Of a DNA stretch of 64,000 nt, positions 12,701 to 25,581 are shown piece by piece. Within the stretch, counting starts at the first letter, position 1. Every line of letters starts with the position of its first letter. The stretch is from Protoeuglena noctilucae. Taxonomy: Eukaryota. The position numbers and the translations under genes are program-made. The stretch is taken from positions 682,001-746,000 of the forward strand of contig OY253685.1 of assembly GCA_958009085.1 (NCBI GenBank), in the 5' to 3' direction. The notes under the pieces were generated by a model. The model saw nothing but the letters and a program-made list of their open reading frames with translations, was not told where the DNA came from and did not search any database.

Positions 12701-15700
12701 ACACATACCGACACCCCCAACCCATTCCCACCCCACTCACCTCCTCCACCGCCGTCCCGTCCGCATGCACCGCCGCCGCCGCCCCCGTCAACAGCGCCTG
12801 TGCCGCACTCAGCGCCCCCGCCTGCTGCCCCCACTCCACACAGGCGGGCGCGGACGCGGCTAACGCCCACCCCACGCCATAAACAGCCGCTTGCAACAGC
12901 TGCGCTGCGTCGGCTGATTGCGGGGAGGAGAGGTCGACGCCGGGGGCGGTGAATGCGGCGTCGGTGGGGCTGAGGCGGCTTCGCGTGTCAGACAGGCCGG
13001 CGGCGATGACGGGGTGGTCTCGCTTCATCTCCTTGGCCATGCCCTGCACCACTTGCTGCGAAGGGAGGGGAGAGAGAGGGGGTGCCTGATTGGCCATGCT
13101 CTGCACCACTTGCTGGGGGGGCAGGGGAGAGAGAGGGTGATTAAGAGAGGGGGACACACAACAAGCTGACACGCACGCAACGAAGCCGTCTCATGCCACG
13201 TCATCCCAACCACATCCTCCCAACCAAGTCATCCATTGCTCATAACACATCATCCGCGCCCCACCCCCTCCGTCATCATCTCACGTCCAATGCCGCGCTG
13301 ACGCGGGGTGACAGCGCCCGGAGTGGCGTGGCACTGGCGGCGATGGTGACCAGGTCTCTGGCAGCCGCCGCCACCCGGTGGAGCTCGGGGGTGTCCTGGA
13401 CGCTCGAGGAGTCCGCACGGGCCATGCCGGACTGCGAATGGGGTAGTGATAGTGATAGCGATGGTGATAGCATCCATCTTATATTATAGCCAAAAATCCC
13501 ATATTACTTGTCTAATTGTCAGCAATATTTATCTCTTATCGTTATCAGTATCATGTCCTTTTATGAATTTATCGTTATCATCCTCCTCCTCTCACCTGCA
13601 TGGCTTCCATGACGTGCATCCCCACCCAGTGCAGCATCGCCACCAGTGCTTCTCCAAGCATCGCCATGGACGGCCGGCTCAGTCTGACGCCGGGGTCGGG
13701 GAGACTCCAGCACTCGTCGGGGCGGTGGGGGGGGGCGCGGGACTGGCCGGACTGGGGTGGGGAGGGAGGGGGGGTAAGGGGTGGTGGGTGGTGGGGAAGG
13801 CAATAGGTGGGTTGACGCGGTGGCTGCGATGGTGCGTGGTGAGGTGGTGAATGGGTGAGGAGTGACCTAGGGATGGCAACAAACATTCCACTTAATAACC
13901 CGCTATTCAATCCCCTCACCTCCACCACCCCCTCACCACCACCACCCCACCCCACCCCTCATCCCCTCACCTCCACCAGCATCCGTACCGCCCTCATCCA
14001 CCTCGGCTTGGGGCTCTCCCCCGCATCGCCGCCCAGTCGCAATGGGGACGGCCCCATCATGCCCTGCACGTCCGCCTCCGCCCCCGCCTCGGCCACTCCG
14101 TCCGTCATCAGCCGGCAGAGGGCGGGGACGGCATCGGACAGGCCGCGGATGACGCGCTCTGTGGATGGGCACGTAATTGGGAAGATTACAGGGTTGCGCA
14201 CTAAGACATAAAATCATGAAGTGACACTTATAAAGAGAGTGAGGCGTCGGACAGGCCGCGGATCACGCGATTCCGGGGGGGGAAGGGAGATGGGGATAAG
14301 TGTCAAGCATTTACTCCGCTATGATCTGCTAATGTCGATTGTACTTAACCCACCCATTCCCCCATCTCTATCCCACTCACCCAGGTGCCCCTGCTCCCCC
14401 ATCCCTACCCACAATCAGATTTATTAGACTCATCAAATTTATCACATCATCATATCCATCACTCACCCAGGTGCCCCTGCTCTCCCAGCCTCCCGTGGTG
14501 CACCCCCAGCCACAGCAGCATGACCAGCCGGTGGGGCAGCACCCGGTCTGACGCCTGAAACGCGTCCGCCAGAACCTGGTGCAGCTCGCGCTCCAATCGA
14601 CCCAGCTGGGGGGAGAGGGCAGCGGGGGCAGATGGTGGTATTTATGATAGTTAGTCTATTGAAGGGATTCAAGAGCGAATGGTCGTTACTAGTTGTGGAT
14701 AGTACCATAGTAACAAAAGAATGTATTATATGGTATAAATCAATTTTAAATGTACATTCAGTCTTACTCCCTTCACCCTCCACCACCCCTCACCTGTGCT
14801 GCGTGCGGCACAAACGGTGCCGTCCCCTCCTCTGCCCCCCCACCGCCACCCCCCTCGCAAGACGCCAGCGCTGTGCGCAGCAGTGAGCTGCACATCTGCG
14901 CGAGTGCTGCCCAGAGGTGCACGGCCGCGTCTGATTCGGGGGAGTCCCATGTAAGGCACAGGATGGTGAGGCGCAGGACCTGGGGGGGTGGGGAGTGGGG
15001 TGAGGGGTGAGGGGTGAGGGGTGAGAGCGGGGTAAGCACGTGAGGAACAAAAATCGTTGGCACCCCACCTGCATGCTCAGCGCCAGCCACAGCACCCATC
15101 ACACACACACCCCTTCATGCTCAGCGCCAGCCACTGCACCCATCACACACACACACACCTGCATGCTCAGCGCCAGCCACTGCACGTGTCGGTCCACGGC
15201 CGTCGGCTGTAGGGGCCCCTCGGGACGCCCCTCCGCCTCCACTGACGCCGCCTCCTCGGCCGCAAGTGCCTGCTGACCGCTCGGGTGACTGATCAACGCC
15301 TGGGATGGTGGTTGAGAATGTGTGATGATTGGTGATGATGTAGTACAAAGTGCAGTGGATGGACGTCGAAACCTTTCACACCTCCCTCTTCACTGCTACC
15401 CGCTCGCACCCCATCCACCCGAATCTTACCTGCAGCATCACCACCACCATCTCCACCCGGAACACCCCCACCGCCAGCCCACCCACACCGCCCACACCAT
15501 CACCCGCCACCCCCCCACTGCCCCCCTCCTCCTCCGACCCCTGCGCCCCGGCCAGCCCCGTTGGGATGGGGAATACCCCCGGAAAGACCTTCCAGGGCGG
15601 CTTGATGCGCTCGGTGGGGTCAGAGGCGAGGTCCAGGAGGGCGGCCACGTCGCGGCTACGGAGGCAGCCCAGGAGGACCCTGGGGGGATGGGAGTGAGGG

Positions 15701-17916
15701 AGTGTGAGAGTAAGAGAACATGAAATTTACATCATATGGCGGTAACCGGTGAAGAGGTGAGAGCAATGGAGCGGGGGCGGAGTTATGACCAAAGCCCCAT
15801 GCATGTTTCGTCTCACAACCTCATCCCCCCTCTCTCTCCCACCCCCTCTCGCCTGCTCTGGATGTCGTCGGCGCGGCACAGGTCAAAGTCCAGAGCGGCC
15901 GCCACCGCGTGCGCCATCGCTTGCACCCTCGATGCGTGGTCCACCACCTCACGCCCCGCCACCCACAGGAACCAACCCAATGATAGAGGGTCCAATTTCC
16001 CTCGATGCATCACGTCGACACGCAGGATGGAGCGGGCGTGGCGGCACAGCAGCGACGGGCACGACTGCAAAGGGAGGGGGTTGTGCGGGAGTGAACATCT
16101 ACTCGTCACTTGCCAGCGATAATGTTGAGACTCTTTATTGGATGAGATGACGATGTGCGGCTCTTCTACATCACCCCACACACTGTCACCCACCAACACC
16201 TGCCCACCATCCCCACCACCACCAGCCCTCGCCTGTTGCGCGATGTCGCCCGTGACCATCAAATGCAGCAGCACCTCCGCGGCCTCCCGCACCAGCGCCA
16301 CCCCCGACTCAGGGACGTACCCCGCCGCCACCAGACCCTCCCCCACGCCCCCCCACGCCACCGTCCGGCTCAGGTCAGACGTACCGGCCAGACCGTATGC
16401 ATCCGCCAGCCCCAGCACAGCCCTGGCAGATTCAAACGCCACCTCCGGAGCCACGTGGCGCAGCTCCCGGCCCAGCGCGGCCAGCGCCGGGGGTAGCAGC
16501 TGGGGCCAGCCCTGCAGCGCCCCCGACCACACGCCCGGCATGGCCCGGGCAAAGAGCGCTCCGGCTGAAAAGGCAGGGCGCCCGCCGGACACGTGACAGG
16601 CCGCGAAGGCCAGCGCCTGCCACGCGCGCACGGCTGCTACCGCCCAAGACCCCCCCAGCCCCTGCATGCGCTGGGTGAGCGCCCCGGCTGCCGACGCGCA
16701 TGACGAGCAGACGTGCTGCGACGCGGCCCTGGCGCCCATCAGCGACTCCTGCGCCCGCGGGAGCTGCATCGCCGACCAGGGCGGGGGCGGCGCGGGGTGG
16801 CCCGACAGCTCACATGCGAGGCTGCGGGTGTGGGGTGAGGAGGCGTGCATGTGGAACAGTATGGTGGCTATGATCTCTATCGGGAAGATGAGTAATCATA
16901 CCTATTATCATTGTTTATCTTCTCACCTGCCCAGGGTGGCCCCGACCGCAGCGCAGGGAGCGTCGGCCACAATGCCGCGCACCGCCGTGCTGCGCAGGAG
17001 AGCGGCGAGGGCGTCGAGTGCGCCGGCACACACGGCGTCGTCTGCATCCATCGTCGCGTCCAACTGCACGGGGAAAAATCTCAGCAGGTGGTCAATACGA
17101 AAAGCAGCTGCATGCTCCGGTGGTGTGCACGATGCCGGCGTCTGCAGGCTTTAGTTAGCAACGCGAAGCAGAACATGTCGTAGTACGAGTCCATCGCTGC
17201 GACGTGAGAGCCGCAGCGCGCGGAGACTCACGAGCATCTCGAGCAGGCACATGAAGTCGCGGTGTTCGGTCTCCCCCAGCGCCGCCCGGCGCTGGAAGTC
17301 CTCGCTGGTCACGGCCCATCCCGCCAGGCGAACCGCAGCGGCGCGCACGGACGGGTCGGGGTCCGAGAGCTGCGCGGAGACGGCCTCCGGGGGCGCAGCG
17401 CGGCGCAGCAGCTCGGCCGCGGCCGCGTGGGGAGCCGAGGCGCCGAGGGCGAGGAAGTCCACGCGGTCTGGGACGATGAGAGAAGCAACTTGTCAAAGGC
17501 GCTGCCGATGGGAGCGCGGGGAGCTGAGCGACGCTGGGAGGCGCGTCCGGGGCAGGCGAGCGCACCTGTCGGACGCAGGTGCGAGACCGATCCCACGTCG
17601 CGCAGGGCCTCCGTCACATGAGCGGCGATGTAATGCCACTGCGAGAAGCCAGAGAACAAGCGGGAGCTTCGAGTTTGCGCCAGGCCGCGAGAGCACGCAA
17701 AGCACGGCTCTGGTTCGCCGGGATCTCTTCGAGTTGCCGCGATTGGACCACCGATGGATGTTCGGTGCTTGCCTCGAATATCGGTGCTCCGCTGGCGTCC
17801 TTCTGTGCGAGGAACGCCTGCGCGCTGCCCCGGTCACTGTACTCCGCGGGCGTCGAGTGCTCCACGGCGAGGGGCGTCTCCACCACCGCTACATCCCCGG
17901 CCTCCGATCCGTCCAT
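9769..17916 (-). CDS. TPLATE: TPLATE-like large subunit of the TSET/TPLATE adaptor complex, many exons; termini approximate
   Basis: Exon translations align in order with recalled plant TPLATE: PEVAFESARAVLGLAD (~PALIFEVGINMLYLAD), SRVQAMAHAVAAALDFDL (~DRMHALACICRTALCVHL), CLTWDSPESDAAVHLW (~CVKWDCDGRTYAVDCY), VSGVGDPVRVE...VRLTLRVINRLDVPIANMAVRVGLPGA (~LTGSSDPCYIE...VTLHLKIINLTELELNRVDIRVGLSGA), LACGSFAMPLTAMLRP...ETFRLLWDALP (~LRCQPYKIPLTELLLP...EFFRLWPSLP), FACQTWAGG (~YAAKTWHGG). Confidence 0.8.
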
Positions 17917-18323
17917 GGCCCATACCGGCGCGTCCGCCAGCCGGGACGCGGCGCTGTGGAGGGCCCTGCTGATGTTGAGAAGTGCAAGCCCTTTTGAGCA
18001 GTCGATTTTGCGGGGAAGGAGCGAGACGCAAGCCGCTGACGATTTCTTATGAGCGAGATATGATCAGATGGGACACACTAGCGGCAATTCAGGCACGCAA
18101 CGCGCGTGTCTGCAGCACGACTTGCGTGTACGCATCAGTCCCTTCGTTCAAACGCGCCCGGGCACTGAAACTCGGATCAAGCTCCCGGCTACAACCCCTG
18201 CACCTCGCCGCCGCGCCGCTCAACCACGCCCTCAAACACAAATCCCCATGCACCGAGCCGAATCGTCATCGCGACCTGTGGCACCCTTTCCCAGCCCCTG
18301 CGCCTCCATCGACCTCCCTTCTT

Positions 18324-21300
18324 TCACTTGGCGACTTCCTCGGTGTCCCAGCGCACGACCGGGATGCCGGGCATGGCCTCCTGCGCCCCCTCGGCGCCCT
18401 CATCCGCAGACGTGACGTGCAGGTGACGCAGCCCCAGGGACTTGCAGAGGTAGTCCAGGTTGTCCAAGAGGGCCTGGCGCTCGTCGAAGGTGAGGCGGAC
18501 GCTGCGGGGACGACACGAGTCGAAATATAAATAGCAATGTGGCATTGGAATTGGCATGGGCTGATTGGCTGGATGCTGGCGGTGCTCGCAGAGGCGGACG
18601 GATTTGTGTGTGTCTGAGGTGTGCAGTGGCTGTGGCATTAGAGACAAGCTGCCCCAGTCACCACCCGCTGCAATTATAACAACCATTCCAGAGAAACAGT
18701 CACCTTAGCCACCACCACCACAGCAAGCCACCCCATCATGCATCGCCAACGCACCCACTATCATCACCACTCACCTGAGCACGGACGCCCCGCCCACCTC
18801 CGCCTCCTTCCCCTTGTTCTTCAAGAAGGGCATCACCAGTCCCTTGCGCTGCTTGTCGCTCTTGTCCTGCAGCGAGGGGTGGCCCTGCAGGGACTCCATC
18901 GCGCGCTCCTCCCACCCAGCGACAAACGTGCGCGTGTCGGGGTTAAACAGGCCCTGGGCCACCTGCGGGGATAGACAGGGGGGTGGGAGATGGTGTATGT
19001 TATGAACATGTAATACATGTTCATAACAACACACAACAACATGTTGTGTTAATGCAAGTGTGTCGGGGTTAAAGAGGCCCCGGATCATGCACACTGCCAA
19101 CCCTGCCCCCCCGCTGCCAACCCCCGTACTCCTCCGCCACTCCCCCACTCCTGCAATCCACCCCTCACCTCCAGCACCGCCCGCTGCCACCCCCCGTACT
19201 CGTCGGCCACCACCACCGTGCCCCCCACGACCTTGAGGGCCGGCCCCTTCTTCTTCGGGCTCTCCAGCTTAGCGATGGTGGTGCGCCACAGCGCCACCTG
19301 GCGCTCCAGGTACGCGGCCGCGGCCTGGAGGGAGTAGTCGGGCTCAGGGACCTGCGATGGAAGGGGAGAGGAGAGAGGTAGGCGTGTGCGTGTGCGTGGG
19401 TGGGTGTGCGGGTGTGAGTGTAGGGGTGTGTCCACAACTCCCTAGTCACGATCACCCATAGTACTAGTAATAGTAATAGTAACCAGTGAGTATCAACGCA
19501 CCTGCGGCCACCCCGCCTTGATGACGAGCCCTGGCTTCTTGAGCACCTCCCCCCAGATGTGCTCGCAGTAGTGGGGCGTGATGGGCGTGGTGATGAGCGT
19601 CGACACCTCCACGTACTTTTCCACTAAAACGCGGTTCAGGGGGGTGTTGGAGAGGGAGCAGATGAGGCTGGGGGTGATGGGGAGGGGGAGAGTGTGGATG
19701 AGATGTGGGTGAGTAGGGATGAGAGAGAGAGTAGATGAGGGGTGGAGGGGGGTGTTGGAGAGGGAGCAGATGAGGCTGGGGGTGATGGAGAGAGAGGGAG
19801 CAAAGTGTCAGCATTAAGCTGCTGTTCATCCTACTTTCATCACACGCACTGCAACCCTCTGCCTACTCATCCTCACCGGTACTAGTCCCCTGCCAGCTGC
19901 AGGTCACACACACCTCATCCACCATTATTGCCACTTATCACCACTACCCCACTCTCTCACGCTCACCGGTACTGGTCCCTCGCCAGCTGCAGGTCGAACA
20001 CGCTGATCTTGAGCGCCTCGCGGAACAGGTACTTAGAGTATGCCACCTTGGCGGTGTGAGCCGCCAGGTTGATGGCGTTGTCAAACACGCGATCGGCGTA
20101 CGTGGCTGGGGGTCCGTCGCGGAGGGGGGAGGCGAGCACCTCCTCAATCCACGACAGCTCCTGGGGTGGGAGGGGATGAAAGGGGGTGATGGAGATGTTT
20201 GGTGACTGGTTGAATGGATAACTGTGAGAAGATCAATGTTGTTATGGCTTTGATGAGGCACACCATTACAAACACCATTACATATACACACTCGCCTTGG
20301 TCATGCGCAGGATGGCCCCGTTGGCCACCGTGACCTCGAAGTTGGCGTCATCCACGCTGTCACCCGCATCCGCCAGGCCGAAGCGCAGGGCATCGGCACC
20401 GAACTCCGCCACGGCCTCGGAGAGCGTTTTGAAGTTGCCTGGGGATAAAATGGGGTAAAGAGATGACATGGGTAGTATTTAAATGAAGTGGGCGAAGTGT
20501 CACTGCCTCGGCGAGCGTCTTGAAGTTGCCTGGGGTTGTTCAGGAGAGGTGGGATTAGGAGAGGCATATTGAGTTTGGGTGCGATAATGGATGGGTGGTC
20601 ATTACTAATACATCTCAATATACTATCTCCACCTCCCTCACCCGTCGACTTGGACATCTTCTGCGCGTTGAGCAGCAGGTGCCCGTTGCACCGGAACGCC
20701 CTCGGCCACTTGTCCTTGCCGAACAGCGCCACGTGGTTGTACAGGCAGAACGTGAGGTGGTTCTGGATCAGGTCCTTGCCAGAAACGCGCAGGTCGAAGG
20801 GATACCAGTACTCGAACTCGCGCCGGCACGCGTCGGCGGCCTCGCGGGGCACGCGGATGGCGTCAGACCAGGGTTTGCCCTGGAACACGTAATCCCAGAA
20901 GGGGCCGTCGCAGGCGTCCGCGGGGATGGGGGAGCAGCCGGGGCGGCCGTACATGTCGCCGCCCTGTATGTAGGGGTGTGGGTGGGGGTGGGGGTGGGGG
21001 TGGGGGTGTGGGAGTTGATGCCAACAACGCGTGCACATTACCAACAATCAACAATCAACAATCACCCCCCCCCCCCCCCCCCCTCGCCCCATCCCTCAAC
21101 CACCACTGCTGATCCCTCAGTCACCACCGCTCACCTGCAGGATGTGCGCCACCGTGTAGAACGCCATGTAGATGGTGGAGTCCGAGAGTGACTCGATGAG
21201 ATAAGTCTCATCAAAGGGCAGCTTGGTGCCGAGGCCGAAGGAGCGGGAGCATGCCCACTGCTGCAGCCACCCCAGCGTGTGCTCGAAGCTGTGGCGGACC

Positions 21301-24300
21301 TCGGGGTGGAACGTCTCCAGCTGAGAGAGGGCCTCCTCTGGGGGGGAGACGAAGGGATGGCTGTATTGAGTACTAAACGATGAAACTATAGAACAACATC
21401 ATCCATCATCAATGAATAATCACTAAAATAAAATGTAAATATAAATAATACATCAACATACTCATCATTAATCATGAAATAATTTCAATAATGATAAGCG
21501 GATGAGTGTACGATAATGCGACACTACCCCTATCATCCACACCCTCACCTGCCATCTTGCGCCACTCCTCCTCCCCATACACCAGGTACCACTGATCCGT
21601 CAGCGCCACCACACACTGGTCGCCCGACCGCGACACCACCTCCTTCTCCGGCTGCAATAACAGGGATAGATAGATTGAGAAGGTTGATGGTAATGTTGGC
21701 AGAAGAGAGGGAGAGAGAGAGAGGCAGCCGCAAGGCCTGTCCTATCATATATGCTGTATTTCAGAAATATTATTACTATTATAACACTATTACAACTAGC
21801 AATCATCTACGTACAATCTAACAGTATCCACACGTCCTCACCTCCGAGTAGATGATGGCCTGGTTGGCCTCGACCATCTCCTGCTTGATCAGCGGCTTGG
21901 CCACCTGCACCTTCTGCCCCTGGTACTTGCCCACCAGCATGACGCCGTCCGTGAAGCCCTTCAGATACGTCATGCCCTTGGCCTCCTCGAGCTTGGCGCG
22001 GTCGTTCTGGGACTTGATCTTCAAGTCCGTGCACACCTGTTGCGAAGGGTTGGGAATGAGGGGTGGGGAGTCACACATGTTGTGTTGGTTTTACATGTAC
22101 ATGGCATTACCATTAATGTATACAATTATAATACATATTCATGACAATCGCCAGTCCACCATCGCTGGACCATCGATCGCCACCATGATCGCGAGCTGTG
22201 GCCGCATTACAAGGTAACGTCCGATGCATGAGATTACATCTCCCCACCTTGACCGCGGACGTGTCGCCGAATTCGGGGATGTTGATGATGGGGATGACCT
22301 CGTAGGGCATCACCCACTCGTCCTGGATGCCCAGCTTCTCGCGGAAGGCCGGCTTCTCCTTCAGGTCCATCAGAGCCCTGAAGTGGATCGAAGATCATTG
22401 GTAAATAATGATTATAGTAATAGTAATAGTAATAGTAATAGTAATAGTAATAGTAATAGTAATAGTAATAGTAATAGTAATAGTAATAGTAATAGTAATA
22501 GTAATAGTAATAGTAATAGTAATAGTAACAATCCTCGCCTGTAGTCATCCGGGGAGTCCGAGGGCACGGACGTGACGACCCCGGTGCCCTTGCCCATGGA
22601 GATGGTGAGCAGGGGCAGGACGTAGATGCGCGCGTGGGGGGTGTGGGGAGACGACAGCGGCACGCCCATCAGGTCCTGGCCCTGGAGCGTCAGCAGCACC
22701 TCGGGCTTGCCCGTCTGCGATGAATGGGGAAAAGAGGGGTCAGGTGCACACTTCAGGTATGCCCCGTCTGCGATTGTGAGAGGGCGGGCTTGAGCTGCGA
22801 CTCGGGCATCACTGTGTCATCACCGCACCTCGTACCTCGCACCCTCTCCAGCAACCCCTCTTAACAGCAGTGCAACCCCCTCACACACACACCCCCACCC
22901 ACCCTCACCTCCGGCAGCCTGTCCTGGTACGACAGGTTGAGTGCCGACCGCTGCGACATGACGTACACGTCCTTGTTAAACGCCCTCACGGCCACGTACT
23001 CCCCCTCCGGCAGCACCCAGCAGTTGGTCTGGCCGTACATGGTCTCGGGGCGCAGCGTGGCGGACAGGAAGAAGACGTCGTGGCCCGCCAGGGCTGCGGG
23101 GGGAAGGAGGGCACGGGAGGGAAGGTAAGGAAAGGTTTTCTGGTTGTGATGATATCGCTCAAACTCCGTCAGTGCCCTTTCAGGGAACAATGTACTGCCT
23201 ATCATACTTTGGCGTGATGAAACTCACCTGCGAGCTTCCCCGGCAGCTCCAGTGCCTTCATCTTAATGAGCACGTACTCCTGAGGCCCCACGCCCTCCCC
23301 GGTCGCACGGTCGTGGTCCGCGCAGGGCTGGTTGTCGAGAGGGGAGAAGATGGCTGCGGTCATAACAAGCACAGGGATGGTTGCCTGCCATAGCCAGCGC
23401 AGGGATGGTTGTCAAAAGCAGCCATCTAAGCAAGATGGCTGTGGCCATGGTGAGGAGCGAGCTTGCCAAGAGACGAGACGACAGCCCAGCCAAACTCCAA
23501 AGAGCGACTTACGGGAACATTGCTCCCTGTATTGCTGCCTGTGGCTGCCTGTGTCGCTGGCCACGCTGCACCGAACATCGACTGAAGATCGACCGAACAT
23601 CGACTGACATTGCACGGAGAGCGTGAGACTGTCACTCACCGTACCGCTTGTCCTTCACCACCCGCCCCTGCGCCTTGAGCGTGTTGAACTGCCACCGGAT
23701 GAAGCGGTCGTAGTACGGATTCACCTCCGTGGTCACGAACGACCGGCGCCAGTCCACCCCGCACCCCATGGCCTCGATGTCGCGCTGCGGGGAGGGCAAG
23801 CACACCGACGGCGTCGATGGCCACGTCGCATCGTCCCAGCGACTAAAACCCACGTAAGCTATGCAGATCCGCATCGGGTGTCACACCAGGGTGCGCGCCT
23901 GCGCTGCGCCGTCGACTCCCCGCCACACTCTTGTCCACAGTTAAGTTCACGCTAGTCTCTGCACGCGCGCATCGCGGCGAGTGGCCCGGCCCCCACCTTG
24001 GCCAGCGGCGGGAAGTACTCCAGCCAGTGGATGGGGTCGGAGAAAGCGGGAATCTCGTCCTCGGGGATCCCCGATAACCGGAGGATGTCCCACTGGGTCG
24101 CCCCCGCCGTCTTCGCGGCCAGTTTGGACTTCTTGCCCTTGGCCTTGTTCTCCTGAGAGGATCGCGGTTTGAGTCACCCGATCGCACTTTTCCTACAGGC
24201 GTGCGCTCGTTGCCACCCGTGAGCCGAAGATCGAGAGAGATGGGACAGCGCATCGTCCGACGTCCAGTTGCCGCTCCGCGCTTCGCCACGCCGCATTCCG

Positions 24301-25200
24301 CTGACGTTCCCTCACCGTGCCGGCCGCCGGCGCTGCGTCTTGCTCTGCCGCCGCATCGTCGTTGCCGTCCTCCATGTCCCCGTCCTGGCCCTTGGTGAAG
24401 TCCGGCGGGCAGCCGTACACCTGCAGCTCCCGCGCCAGCTTGCCCGCGGCCGCCTGGATGGGCATACCCGTGCAGTGGAAAGCCTGGGGGAAGAGCACGT
24501 TCTTGCCGCACAGGCGGTGGAAGGCGCAGGCGAACTGCGGGGCGGGGAGATCAGGAAGCGAGTCGATAATCGTTTTGCAGCTGAGTGCGCAAGTGCCGAG
24601 CCGCGCCAGGGCCGGTCGACAAGCGGGTGTCGCGGGCTGGAGGATGCGCAAATCGGCTGCAATGAAAAGCCCGTCTCTCAGCGTGCCTTGGCGCGGCATC
24701 GAGAGGCACAGCGCCACGCACCTCGAGTTTGGAGAGCGAGAAGGCGTGGCCGATGTGGAGCCGGCCGTTCATGTACGGGTACGGGAAGTTCCCGTAGAAC
24801 TTGTTGTCCTTGTCACCAGGCCCGTCGGCATTGGACTCGAACGCCTGCAGCGACCGAGTGCATCCTTTCAGAGCAGGGCGAGGGCGGCCCCGGGGGACGG
24901 CTGCACACGAATGCCATGTATATCAGGTCGTCAGTCATTCGCCCACACCTTCAGAAGCTCCCATTTCTGCTGCGCCCCGGCCTCGATGCGCTGGAGGGCG
25001 TCGCGCTTGGCGCTGCAGGCGAAGACAGGGCCGTCGATGAATCAGGCTTGCCAGCGCACAGCAAGTGGTCCGCAGCCCAGGCGAGGGCGACGGGAAATCC
25101 GCGGCACGTCGGGGGGCACGCCGCCCTGCATCGTCCGGCGACCCCCCCGCCCGCAGAGCCCCTCCGATCCTCACGTGGACTGGCCCCCCTCCGCCGCCAT
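18324..25200 (-). CDS. LARS1: Cytosolic (eukaryotic-type) leucyl-tRNA synthetase, many exons
   Basis: [19 protein letters not shown]..., [20 protein letters not shown] (HIGH motif), [52 protein letters not shown] and [16 protein letters not shown] (KMSKS motif); ends ...RWDTEEVAK*. Confidence 0.97.
19641..19795. repeat. Intronic direct repeat (~40 bp, 2 copies) in LeuRS
   Basis: ggggtgttggagagggagcagatgaggctgggggtgatgg occurs at ~19641 and ~19750. Confidence 0.8.
22415..22528. repeat. (TAGTAA)19 microsatellite inside a LeuRS intron
   Basis: Perfect hexamer array visible in the sequence, within intron 22378-22538. Confidence 0.95.
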
Positions 25201-25581
25201 GTCTCAAGTCTCCGCTGGCGATGCAGGGGCGGGGCCCTTCGCGTGCCGAAGCGCGGGGGGAGTGGCTCGGCAGCTCACGGATCGCCGCCGCAGTCAAGGT
25301 GCCTTCCTCTGCGACACCACGCTCGGAAAAGTCAGGGTGTGCTTTAGCGCAAAGCAGAATAGCTCGGCACGCGAATCGGCGGGATGAATCCACTGGCATC
25401 TGGCGCCGCCATTCGCCGCGGAGCTCGAGTTCCGCCGAGCCGGTGCTCGCGTCCTCTCTCCAGCACCCGGAGAGACCGCGTTGCTCTGTGGATGGCGCGG
25501 TGAAGCCCAGCTGGGTGGTCGGGTGCGTCGACCCTCGCCGCGGGCGCCGCCCGGCAGACCGGCCAGGGCCCGCCACGGCAA

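Noticed and set aside
10671..15185. Spaced short repeats as a CRISPR-like array
   Set aside because: Each repeat family has only 2-3 degenerate copies tied to a splice junction of a eukaryotic gene; there is no constant repeat-spacer period and no cas genes.
22224..22699. ORFs with poly-Tyr, poly-Leu and (SN)n tracts
   Set aside because: They are translations of the intronic (TAGTAA)n microsatellite, not proteins.
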